From assembly GCF_000010625.1 (NCBI RefSeq), contig NC_010296.1, positions 1,830,001-1,862,000 of the forward strand: a stretch of DNA of 32,000 nucleotides, written 5' to 3'. The notes beneath the pieces are model-generated. The model was not told the origin of the DNA. It worked only from the letters and a program-made list of their open reading frames with translations, and did no database searches. This DNA is from Microcystis aeruginosa NIES-843. Lineage in GTDB: Bacteria; Cyanobacteriota; Cyanobacteriia; Cyanobacteriales; Microcystaceae. Positions 8,831 through 16,534 of this stretch are shown in pieces (the stretch's first letter is position 1; each line of letters begins with the position of its first letter). A program made the translations under genes and the position numbers.

Positions 8831-8835
8831 TGGCC

Positions 8836-9022
8836 GGTAGGGAAGACATTGGCCGGTATTGGTAGAGAAGCAGATGAATGAGCAATTGTAGGAGATAACT
8901 ATCTACTTTATGTCTCTGTTGGTTCCCCAATCTAATACATCTGTCCGTCTTTGTCGCAGTTGTTGGGCCGTTTCTTCTAACCAAGCAAGATAGTCTTGTT
9001 CGTATAAGTCTTTATTTGTCAT
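8836..9022 (-). pseudogene. DUF29 remnant (5' part, internal deletion, 3' truncation)
   Basis: Starts with the same ATG context as 9631 (MTNKDLYEQDYLAWLEETA...). It lacks the segment cattccccagcgcttcgatttcttctccgagatg and reads ctctgttggttccccaatc instead. Confidence 0.8.
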
Positions 9023-9190
9023 ACCCTATCCTCTTTAGCGCCGGTCAGGTATTAGGTTTTTATTTTTTTGACGCTTATCTAACCTAAAAAAAGAGGGTTT
9101 GCAGGCAGGCACGGATTCCCATTATATATATAAGTATCTGTCAAGGGCGGGGATTTGTCAAGGGTTTTTTTGAAAAAATCTGCCAGAATT
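9023..9190 (-). repeat. Promoter-like leader element, copy C (abuts the stop codon of the intact DUF29 gene)
   Basis: Together with copies B and D and the two DUF29 copies, it forms a tandem array of roughly 2.5 units. Confidence 0.8.
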
Positions 9191-9631
9191 TTAGGGGAGA
9201 AAATCGGAATCGAGGATTTGTTCGGGACTATAGGGGCAGCTTTCGGCAAAGATAGCGGCCGGTAATTGGCTTTTTTGTCGGACTCGCTTCACTGCTTTGG
9301 GGTAAATAACGGCGATTCTGGTTAAAAAATAGTTATAAAGGGTTTTTGACTCCAATAAAAGTTCTAATTCCACCCGAAAGTTACCGATTTCGTCCTGCCA
9401 TCCCCGCGCACATCTTTCTCGTTCCTCCGGCCAGTATTGGTAGAGAAGCAGATGAATGAGCAATTGTAGGAGATAACTATCTACTTTATGTCTCTGTTCA
9501 TTCCCCAGCGCTTCGATTTCTTCTCCGAGATGTTCCCAATCTAATACATCTGTCTGTCTTTGTCGCAGTTGTTTGGCCGTTTCTTCTAACCAAGCAAGAT
9601 AGTCTTGTTCGTATAAGTCTTTATTTGTCAT
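9191..9631 (-). CDS. DUF29 domain protein
   Basis: 146 aa: MTNKDLYEQDYLAWLEETAKQLRQRQTDVLDWEHLGEEIEALGNEQRHKVDSYLLQLLIHLLLYQYWPE..., the classic DUF29 pattern. Confidence 0.9.
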   Translation of the reverse strand: MTNKDLYEQDYLAWLEETAKQLRQRQTDVLDWEHLGEEIEALGNEQRHKVDSYLLQLLIHLLLYQYWPEERERCARGWQDEIGNFRVELELLLESKTLYNYFLTRIAVIYPKAVKRVRQKSQLPAAIFAESCPYSPEQILDSDFLP

Positions 9632-9779
9632 ACCCTATCCTCTTTAGCGCCGGTCAGGTATCGGGTTTTTATTTTTTTGAAGCTTATCTAACCTGAAAAA
9701 AGAGGGTTCGCAGGCAGGCACGGATTCCCATTATATATATAAGTATCTGTCAAGTGCGGGGATTTGTCAAGGGTTTTTT
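9632..9779 (-). promoter_or_regulatory. Promoter-like leader element, copy D (upstream of the intact DUF29 gene)
   Basis: The minus strand reads cccTTGACAaatccccgcacttgacaGATACTtatatatataatgggaatccgtgcctgcctgcgaaccctctttttt...ATG. That is TTGACA, a 17-nt spacer, then GATACT. Confidence 0.55.
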
Positions 9780-9947
9780 ATTGAGATTTTGTTAATCATC
9801 TCGAATACCGTGCATCATGGATTAGTAAACGCTCCGAAAGATTGGCAATATTCCAGTTTTCACCGTTATGTTGAAGAAGGAATTTATGATCAGATGTGAG
9901 GAGCTTCAGAAAAGCTGATCTTTGATAGTGATATTGGTATGGAATAA
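9780..9947 (+). pseudogene. REP-associated tyrosine transposase (RAYT, IS200-like) C-terminal fragment with an internal stop
   Basis: IEILLIISNTVHHGLVNAPKDWQYSSFHRYVEEGIYDQM*GASEKLIFDSDIGME*. The TGA at 9897..9899 is TGG (Trp) in the paralogous copy. Confidence 0.7.
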
Positions 9948-9949
9948 AA

Positions 9950-10026
9950 TGTAGAAGTGAAACCCAAAAAATTAAGGTAAGAAATAAAGGCAATGTTGGG
10001 TTTCGTCACCTCAACCCAACCTACAG
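9950..10026. repeat. REP-like hairpin element (left arm truncated)
   Basis: gtgaaacccaaaaaattaaggtaagaaataaaggcaatgttgggtttcgtcacctcaacccaacctaca. Confidence 0.75.
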
Positions 10027-10060
10027 ATCAGCGATCGCACTACAGGATCAGCGATCACCT

Positions 10061-10404
10061 TTATCGAGAAGAAATAGCTACCTGCACATTCGGAGAAAAA
10101 TTCTCGATTTTTCGAGAAGCATTAAGAATTTCAATCCCGATTACATTACCTGCTTGATCATAAGACCTCTTGCAAAAGTCTTAATTCGATCCTTGTACAG
10201 CAACATTTTTGAAGATTATCAACTACTAATAAATAATTAACTGAAAGTCCCTCCCATTATTGTTTCTATCGTTTGTTTTCGGATTTATGCAAGAGGTCTA
10301 TAGTCAAGAATAACCCCCGGACTGATTGCCTCACTTTCTTCTACGGGTGTGTCATGCCAGGTAATTGTTAAAACGTCAACTTCAGCATCATATTTAGCTT
10401 TCAT
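10061..10404 (-). pseudogene. DUF2283 (antitoxin-like) gene interrupted by MITE-B
   Basis: MKAKYDAEVDVLTITWHDTPVEESEAISPGVILDY runs up to the MITE. The rest (DQAGNVIGIEILNASRKIENFSPNVQVAISSR) resumes after it. The intact paralog is 16331..16534. Confidence 0.85.
10163..10299. mobile_element. MITE-B copy 1 (137 bp)
   Basis: Termini are AGACCTCTTGCA and TGCAAGAGGTCT. A 3-bp TSD ATA lies at 10160..10162 and 10300..10302. The uninterrupted site gatcATAgtcaag is seen at about 16430. Confidence 0.9.
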
Positions 10405-10660
10405 TTGATAGCTGCCTATATTTTCTAAGTTTACTGGTAACATATAGTGTAACAATTTTTTGAGGCTCAACTAAGTCATTAATGTAAATTCTCAGAAGAT
10501 AAGTTTTATTGTTAATGGCGACAAACGTACCTTGATAAACTTTGAGTCCATCTTCTTCTAAAATTTGCTCAGGATTATTGAGGATGTCCTGCAATATTTT
10601 TAAAGAGATTTGGCGTTGAATAATTTTTTCTTCGGCATGGTGACTTAAAATAAAGTTCAC
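10394..10660 (-). CDS. DUF4258 domain protein (toxin-like partner of DUF2283)
   Basis: The 88-aa ORF begins (V/M)NFILSHHAEEKIIQRQISLKILQDILNNPEQ... with a GTG start. It overlaps the DUF2283 start by 11 nt. Confidence 0.75.
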   Translation of the reverse strand: MNFILSHHAEEKIIQRQISLKILQDILNNPEQILEEDGLKVYQGTFVAINNKTYLLRIYINDLVEPQKIVTLYVTSKLRKYRQLSNES

Positions 10661-10694
10661 GAGGATTTCGGAGTATTTTTTTGTAAGGGATTAG

Positions 10695-10881
10695 GGTTCT
10701 TCGGTTTGTCTTATGCAATGGACGGGGTTATAAGGAATGAAACCTTTATAGAGACAGACATTGCCGCAATTTTTGTCAATTGTTGGCGATCTGGAGCGAA
10801 CTAATCAATTAAATCTCTTGCCAGATAAGGATTGAGTCGATTTATGCCCCCCTATCGAACCATACCAAGTCCCGAAGAGCC
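10695..10881. mobile_element. MITE-A copy 2 (187 bp)
   Basis: Termini are ggttcttcgg and ccgaagagcc. The flanking duplication is gGGATTAG (10687..10694) and tGGATTAG (10882..10889), matching at 7 of 8 positions. Confidence 0.8.
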
Positions 10882-10916
10882 TGGATTAGCAAAAATTATA
10901 AAGCAAATAATCGCAC

Positions 10917-10989
10917 TGTAGGTCGGTTTGAACGAAGTGAAACCCAAAAAATTAAGGTAAGAAATAAAGGCAATGTTGGGTTTCGTCAC
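10917..10989. repeat. REP-like hairpin element
   Basis: tgtaggtcggtttgaacgaagtgaaaccc...gttgggtttcgtcac. It is followed by a 15-bp RAYT 3'-end scrap (ggtatggaataaaat). Confidence 0.7.
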
Positions 10990-11011
10990 TAATAGTTGGT
11001 ATGGAATAAAA

Positions 11012-11100
11012 TGTAGGTTGGGTTGAACGAAGTGAAACCCAAAAAATTAAGGTAAGAAATAAAGGCAATGTTGGGTTTCGTCACCTCAACCCAACCTACA
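11012..11100. repeat. REP-like hairpin element, full length (89 bp)
   Basis: The arms are gtaggttgggttgaacgaagtgaaacccaa and ttgggtttcgtcacctcaacccaacctac, around a 27-nt loop. Track ORF 11068..11256 (MLGFVTSTQPT...) is an artefact of this element. Confidence 0.8.
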
Positions 11101-11114
11101 AGATCGGCGATCGC

Positions 11115-11263
11115 ACTTTATGTCTCTGTTCGTTCCCCAATGCTTCGATTTCTTCTCCGAGATGTTCCCAATCTAATACATCTGTCTGTCTTTGTCGCAG
11201 TTGTTTGGCCGTTTCTTCTAACCAAGCAGGATAGTCTTGTTCGTATAAGTCTTTAGTTGTCAT
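11115..11263 (-). pseudogene. DUF29 5' fragment (about 49 codons) fused to the REP element
   Basis: MTTKDLYEQDYPAWLEETAKQLRQRQTDVLDWEHLGEEIEALGNEQRHKV, after which homology ends at a HIP1 site. Confidence 0.8.
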
Positions 11264-11431
11264 ACCCTATCCTGTTTAGTGCTGGTCAGGTATTAGGTTT
11301 TTATTTTTTTGACGCTTATCTAACCTAAAAAAAGAGGGTTCGCAGGCAGGCACGGATTCCCATTCTACATATAAGTATCTGTCAAGGGCGGGGATTTGTC
11401 AAGGGTTTTTTTGAAAAAATCTACCAGAATT
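11264..11431 (-). repeat. Promoter-like leader element, copy E
   Basis: Same unit as copies B, C, D and G. Confidence 0.8.
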
Positions 11432-12607
11432 TGGCCGGTAGGATAAGAGATTGTTTCACCTTTGCCTGTGAGCTACAATAAGCAGATGAGCAAGAGGATA
11501 GGATTACAGGAGTTTTGACAATGCGGTTACTACGGGTTCAAGTTCCTGACTTTCGAGTGTTAAAGAATATTGATATTAGTTTCGAGAAAGACTTTTTTCC
11601 CCAGATCTTCCCTATCGGTAGTCAAAATGGCGGTGGCAAAAGTACCCTTCTACAATTAATTTTTATCCTGCTTCATTGTTCTGGTGATCCAGAAAAGATA
11701 GAATATGTGGTAAATGTACTCCATCGATGTCAACTAGAAGATGAGTTAGAGCAGAAAACCCTGGCTATTTTTGAAATTCTAACCGACAATCGGGAAGAAG
11801 TAAAACTAGATTTTTTTATTTGCAGAGATGCTTATGTAAAACAATTTGTATCTGATCTTGACGGTCAATTTGTATATGATTTCGGAGATGTTTATATAAA
11901 ACACTTTGTATCTGATATTGACGGTCAATTCCTATATCTTTGTCAAGCCAAAAACCAGAAGAATGAAGAGATATTTTTGTTGTGTAAATTTAGTCAAGCC
12001 ACCCAAGAAGAATGTCAATTATTCATGAAAGAATTATCCTCAAAAATATTTTTAGCTGCACCTTCAACGCAAGTTTTTATCTTTTTACCCAAAGCTACTA
12101 ACAAGAGTCTTTTTCAGATAAATCAAGGGAATCCAGACTCTAGTAACTATTATTTAGCCATGGCAGATATTAAAAAGAAACTTAGCAACTTATTTACCTA
12201 CGATTTTCTGCCAGTTGAGCTATTGATTAATTACTTTATCATGGCTCGTGATCAAGATTTTGCCCAAGCTATAGAAACTGGTGAATATGGAAATAATTAT
12301 CAACTAAGAAGACAAAAATTAAATTCAATTTTATCCGACAAAGAAATTAATTTAGATAAAGATATATCGAGGATTACCTTTAAATTCAAAGGAGACACAA
12401 ACGGAGAAGAATTATATCCAGAGGATTTGAGTCATGGGGAACTGAAGCGATTAAGTATCTATCTGTGGCTAAAGTATCGTAGGATAAAAGATGCGATTGT
12501 CTTGATGGATGAAATTGAGATTGCTCTCCATCCCGACTGGCAATATAAAATTATTGAGGACTTGCAGGAATGGGAACCTAGCAATCAATATATAGCAATT
12601 CTCTGAC

Positions 12608-13159
12608 TTATGAGGTACAGTAGCAACAGTGAGTAAACCAATTGCGAATATCTTTTTGAGTAACTTCTAACATAGCCAATTCAATCCCTTCTATTAAGTC
12701 TTTGTAAGTTCTCGCCTTCAGTTTTCTTAACGTCGCTTTCACTTTTGACCAAAAGTTTTCAATAGGAGAGAATTCGGGAGAATAAGGAGGTAAATAGATG
12801 AGTCTAGCTTTTTCTTGTTCGATTATTTCTCTGACCATTTCTCCGAGATGAATCTTGGCGTTATCCATGATCAGACAGTCTCCTTCTTTAATTTTTGGCA
12901 GCACTTCCTTGAGAATAAATCCTTCAAATGTTACCGCATCCACTGCACCGTATATGTTGACTGATGCGACAACTTTTTCTAAGCTTATAGCACTAATTAT
13001 TGAAATATTTCTCCCTCTTTTTTGTGGTTTTCTTCCCCGAGCTCTTCGGCCAATTAAGGCTCTAGCATAGAGTCTCAAAAGGGCTAAATTTACCCCCGAT
13101 TCATCGATGAAAATTAGTTTTGATGCCTCAATTTCCCGAACTTCTGACCAGTATTCCAC
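12608..13159 (-). CDS. IS630 transposase orfB (DDE part), needs a -1 shift from orfA
   Basis: ...EYWSEVREIEASKLIFIDESG...IMDNAKIHLG...YLPPYSPEFSPIENFW. Upstream of its first Met, the same frame reads KKKTLHAAEKESDRVQQKRV back to the A9 run. Confidence 0.8.
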   Translation of the reverse strand: MEYWSEVREIEASKLIFIDESGVNLALLRLYARALIGRRARGRKPQKRGRNISIISAISLEKVVASVNIYGAVDAVTFEGFILKEVLPKIKEGDCLIMDNAKIHLGEMVREIIEQEKARLIYLPPYSPEFSPIENFWSKVKATLRKLKARTYKDLIEGIELAMLEVTQKDIRNWFTHCCYCTS

Positions 13160-13557
13160 TCTTTTTTGCTGTACCCTGTCACTTTCTTTTTCCGCCGCGT
13201 GTAGTGTTTTTTTTTGAAACTGTAATTGAGTTTTTGCGTAAGCCGCCCCAGGGTGGCTCTACTGACTTTCACCTGTGTCTTTTCATACAGTAAGTCCGAT
13301 AATTCTTCGAGAGTTGCATCATTGTTAGCTTCGATGATTTCTATTAAAATTATCAGTTGTTCACTATTTAACTTGGTTGGCGGACTTCCCCCTTGCGGAC
13401 GAGGACGGATATCTCCTGTTTCTTTATGTTGCTTCAATAACTTCTGAATAAAGCTTTTAGCCACGTCAAATCTCTGGGCTAGTCCTCGAATGGAAATTTT
13501 TTCTTTCTTCCAGACATCGATAATTTTTTGGCGAAAATCTACGGAATAGGGTCTCAT
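13114..13557 (-). CDS. IS630 transposase orfA (HTH part)
   Basis: MRPYSVDFRQKIIDVWKKEKISIRGLAQRFDVAKSFIQKLLKQHKETGDIRPRPQGG.... The frame changes at an A9 run (T9 on the plus strand, 13207..13215). Confidence 0.8.
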   Translation of the reverse strand: MRPYSVDFRQKIIDVWKKEKISIRGLAQRFDVAKSFIQKLLKQHKETGDIRPRPQGGSPPTKLNSEQLIILIEIIEANNDATLEELSDLLYEKTQVKVSRATLGRLTQKLNYSFKKKHYTRRKKKVTGYSKKEWNTGQKFGKLRHQN

Positions 13558-14066
13558 AGGAAGCTGGTAAGTTCTATTATTTGTCTATTTGCTTTCCATT
13601 GTACCTCATAGCTCCAAGAATTGCTATATCTTAGCCACTCATTCCTATGAACTCTGTCAAGCTTTAACTCCCGCTCATGTTAAAGAGATAGAACCAAAAC
13701 TATTGAAATAAAGATGGAGAAACTAACCCATGAGTCTTAGGGAAACAGAACTTTTAGAACATTGTCAATTTATTCTGGCAAACCGTCAAATTCGTAATAA
13801 ATTTGTCATCCTCTGTGAAGGGGAAATCAAAAAAACTGCCGGCAGGTTATCTCCTCAATCCTATCGAGCTATGGAAGATTTTCCCGATGCTAATTTTTAT
13901 AAAGCCTGTGTTCCTAGGGATTGGAGACAACAGATACCGACTTTTTTTAACTGTGGTGATAGAAATGATGTTTTAAATACTTACTTTAATCTTTTGCGTT
14001 TGCATGAAGATAACCCAGAAGCTTCTTATTTAAATCCCCAGCAACTGTTCGCTATCGTCGATTTAG

Positions 14067-15311
14067 GGCTCTTCTAGGTTCTGTGTGAGCATGGTATAAT
14101 AGTAACACAGAACAGGAGGTGGGTTATGTGGATAAATTTTGATCAACTCCTCGATTTACCAAATGTAACAGTGGTCAATTATCAAAAAATTGCTCAGACA
14201 ATTTTCCTAAAGCTTGCTCTTTTAAATGAAACAATTGAATGTCCGAATTGCCATCAAACCTTAGACAGAATCAATCAGACAGAGTATAATCTAGTCAGAG
14301 ACTTGTCAATATTAGGTAATCCAGTATATTTAGAAGTACCACGCCGTCAGTTTCATTGTCAAAAGTGCCAAAAGTATATCAGCGAAAGACTGAGTTTTAT
14401 GAGATTAAGACAGCATCATACAATTCGCTATGAATCGATGATTTATGAGAGAGTAAAAAATTGTAGTATCGAAGAAATAAGTCGAGAAGAAGGGTTGGGA
14501 TGGGAAGAAGTTGAGTTAATATTTAATCACTGTGCTAAAGAACTAGAAAAGGAAGAGTGGGAAGCACCAGAACGAATAAGCTTAGATGAATTTAGTAACT
14601 TAAAAGGACATAAAGATTTCATAACAACGGTCGTAGATATGGACAAGAAAATTTTACTAGATGTGATTAAAGGACATAAACAAGAAGAATTAATGGAAGC
14701 CTTAAAGGCACGGCCAGTCGCAGTTCGGGAGAAGGTGAAAGAAGTGAGCGTCGATATGTGGTCAGGATTTACAGCAGTGATCAAGGAATTATTTCCCAAT
14801 GCTAAAATCATCTATGACCGTTTTCATGTAATGGCTATCATCAATGACGAGCTTAATAACTTGAGAAAGTTAATGGGGGTGCATGAAAAAGGATTACCTC
14901 ATTTATTATGGAAGAATAAAGAGGACTTAAAGGACGAGCAAAAACAACAACTAGAAGTTATCTTAAAAGAACATCCCTGCTTGGGAATAGCCTGGGAGAT
15001 GAAAGAAGAAATTAGACAAATTTATCAAAGTAGTAAAACGTTCAGAGGTGCTGAGAGAAAATTGGAAAAATGGATAAGAATAGGCGGGATATTATATGAA
15101 AGTAGTGCCAGCATGATCCAGAAGCATTTGCAGGGTATTTGTAATTACTTTGAAAATCATACAACCAACGGATTAATTGAGGGAATGAATACCAAAATAA
15201 AGCTTATTAAAAGAATGAGTTATGGATTTACCAATTTTGAACATCTTCGACTTAAGCTGTTTGCTTGCTTTAATTCATAACAAAAATTAACACACGAAAA
15301 CCAGAAGAGCC
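14067..15311 (+). mobile_element. ISL3-family insertion sequence (about 1.24 kb)
   Basis: Inverted repeats are ggctcttctaggttctgtgtg and cacacgaaaaccagaagagcc. The target duplication (c)gatttag lies at 14059..14066 and 15311..15318, so there is a 1-bp ambiguity in the right boundary. Confidence 0.85.
14126..15280 (+). CDS. ISL3-family transposase
   Basis: 384 aa with an N-terminal zinc-finger pattern CPNCH...CQKC, followed by the DDE_Tnp_ISL3-like region (VSVDMWSGF...IIYDRFHV...GLIEGMNTKIK). Confidence 0.85.
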   Translation: MWINFDQLLDLPNVTVVNYQKIAQTIFLKLALLNETIECPNCHQTLDRINQTEYNLVRDLSILGNPVYLEVPRRQFHCQKCQKYISERLSFMRLRQHHTIRYESMIYERVKNCSIEEISREEGLGWEEVELIFNHCAKELEKEEWEAPERISLDEFSNLKGHKDFITTVVDMDKKILLDVIKGHKQEELMEALKARPVAVREKVKEVSVDMWSGFTAVIKELFPNAKIIYDRFHVMAIINDELNNLRKLMGVHEKGLPHLLWKNKEDLKDEQKQQLEVILKEHPCLGIAWEMKEEIRQIYQSSKTFRGAERKLEKWIRIGGILYESSASMIQKHLQGICNYFENHTTNGLIEGMNTKIKLIKRMSYGFTNFEHLRLKLFACFNS

Positions 15312-15957
15312 GATTTAGACTTACAAAATAAACGTTTAGATGATTCCTATCCATTTAAGGATTTAGAGCAAATTTTTGAGGACTTATATAAAAAATCACT
15401 GATTAAAGTCAATCGGGTTGGACAGCATAGAATTTGGGTGACGGGATTGATTCATAAAGAGTGCTATTTTATTTTTCCCGATACTCATATTCAATCAATT
15501 CTTAGCGAACATTCGGCTGTTTATCAAAATTCCGCTGCTAGGCTAGAAAATATTTATCTTGATATGGCAGATAAAATTAAGGATGATGCCGATTTAAAAA
15601 ATAATTTTTCCAGAGTTAAAGGGAGAATTTCTCATTGTCAAAACCTAGAACTATCGGAAGTGGAGAAATTACAGCTATCTTGGCAAAAACAATATCAAGT
15701 TAGCCACGACAATAGCCAATCGGAATTAGTGCTGGCTCTGTTGACTATCAAAAAAGCGAAGCAATATTGGTTACAAGTTGAACCTCCAGAGGACCATACA
15801 TCACCCCCAGAAAGATATAGAGAACAACTGGCACTACAAATAGGAAGATTTTATGCTCACAATAGCGATAATCCAAGCTGCCATATTTCCCATCTCCTAA
15901 AACTGCTGAAGCTAGAACTCAACCCCAGGGAGCAGGAATAAATTTAATCGCATTATT

Positions 15958-16048
15958 TGACCTAAAAAAAGAGGGTTTGTAGGAAGGTACGGATTCCCAT
16001 TCTATATATAAGTATCTGTCAAGGGCGGGGATTTGTCAAGGGTTTTTT
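15958..16048 (-). repeat. Promoter-like leader element, copy F (5'-UTR side truncated)
   Basis: cctaaaaaaagagggtttgtaggaaggtacggattcccattctatatataagtatctgtcaagggcggggatttgtcaaggg. Confidence 0.8.
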
Positions 16049-16216
16049 ATTGAGATTTTGTTAATCATCTCGAATACCGTGCATCATGGATTAGTAAACG
16101 CTCCGAAAGATTGGCAATATTCCAGTTTTCACCGTTATGTTGAAGAAGGAATTTATGATCAGATGTGGGGAGCTTCAGAAAAGCTGATCTTTGATAGTGA
16201 TATTGGTATGGAATAA
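16049..16216 (+). pseudogene. RAYT C-terminal fragment (no internal stop in this copy)
   Basis: ...HHGLVNAPKDWQYSSFHRYVEEGIYDQMWGASEKLIFDSDIGME*. Only about 55 codons remain and there is no N-terminal catalytic part. Confidence 0.7.
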
Positions 16217-16218
16217 AA

Positions 16219-16294
16219 TGTAGAAGTGAAACCCAAAAAATTCAGGTAAGAAATAAAGGTAATGTTGGGTTTCGTCACCTCAACCCAACTTACA
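16219..16294. repeat. REP-like hairpin element
   Basis: Paralog of 9950..10026. Track ORF 16262..16501 (MLGFVTSTQLT...) is an artefact of this element. Confidence 0.75.
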
Positions 16295-16330
16295 AGATCA
16301 GCGATCGCACTACAGGATCAGCGATCACCT

Positions 16331-16534
16331 TTATCGAGAAGAAATAGCTACCTGCACATTCGGAGAAAAATTCTCGATTTTTCGAGAAGCATTAAGAATT
16401 TCAATCCCGATTACATTACCTGCTTGATCATAGTCAAGAATAACCCCCGGACTGATTGCCTCACTTTCTTCTACGGGTGTGTCATGCCAGGTAATTGTTA
16501 AAACGTCAACTTCAGCATCATATTTAGCTTTCAT
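16331..16534 (-). CDS. DUF2283 domain protein (antitoxin-like), intact copy
   Basis: MKAKYDAEVDVLTITWHDTPVEESEAISPGVILDYDQAGNVIGIEILNASRKI.... Confidence 0.8.
   Translation of the reverse strand: MKAKYDAEVDVLTITWHDTPVEESEAISPGVILDYDQAGNVIGIEILNASRKIENFSPNVQVAISSR

Larger units (their letters stand above)
12593..13626 (-). mobile_element. IS630-family insertion sequence (1034 bp), unrelated in sequence to the one at 1..780
   Basis: Terminal inverted repeats are tagcaattctctgacttatgaggtaca and tgtacctcatagctccaagaattgcta. TA target duplication lies at 12591..12592 and 13627..13628. Confidence 0.9.
11521..13711 (+). pseudogene. ABC/SMC-type (AAA_21-like) ATPase interrupted by IS630; reconstructs to 384 aa
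   Basis: ATG at 11521 sits 8 nt after AGGAG. Walker A is GSQNGGGKST, the signature-like motif LSHGELKRL, Walker B IVLMDEIE. After excising 12593..13626 plus one TA, the frame continues ...SNQYILATHSYELCQALTPAHVKEIEPKLLK* (H-loop LATHS) to the stop at 13709..13711. Confidence 0.8.
13730..15941 (+). pseudogene. Toprim-like protein (DUF4435/RloB/OLD class, inferred) interrupted by ISL3; reconstructs to 319 aa
   Basis: It starts 18 nt after the ATPase stop, with a GGAGA RBS. FVILCEGE supplies the Toprim Glu. After excising the IS, the frame reads AIVDLDLQNKRLDD (DxD), then HRIWVTGLIHKECYFIFPD. 15321..15437 is open and in frame with track ORF 15438..15941. Confidence 0.6.

Noticed and set aside
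8781-8984. 67-aa ORF
   Set aside because: It is a chimeric reading through a deleted DUF29 remnant and the leader element, not an independent gene.
9660-9720. Conserved GGGAATCCGTGCCTGCCTGCGAACCC followed by a T-run, read as an intrinsic terminator or hairpin sRNA
   Set aside because: Only the terminal GGG/CCC can pair. The interior gives A-A and C-C mismatches, so there is no stable stem. I keep it only as a conserved leader.
9796-9993. 65-aa minus-strand ORF
   Set aside because: It runs antisense to the RAYT fragment and into the REP element.
10917-11100. Two copies of a ~70-90-bp repeat about 95 bp apart, CRISPR-like at first glance
   Set aside because: They are long imperfect hairpins (REP-like) associated with RAYT 3' scraps. 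Further copies lie in unrelated contexts (9950, 16219, 17437).
11068-11256. ORFs starting MLGFVTSTQ(P/L)T (also 16262..16501)
   Set aside because: The start lies in the right arm of the REP-like hairpin and runs antisense through DUF29 or DUF2283 sequence. It is a recurrent artefact of the repeat.
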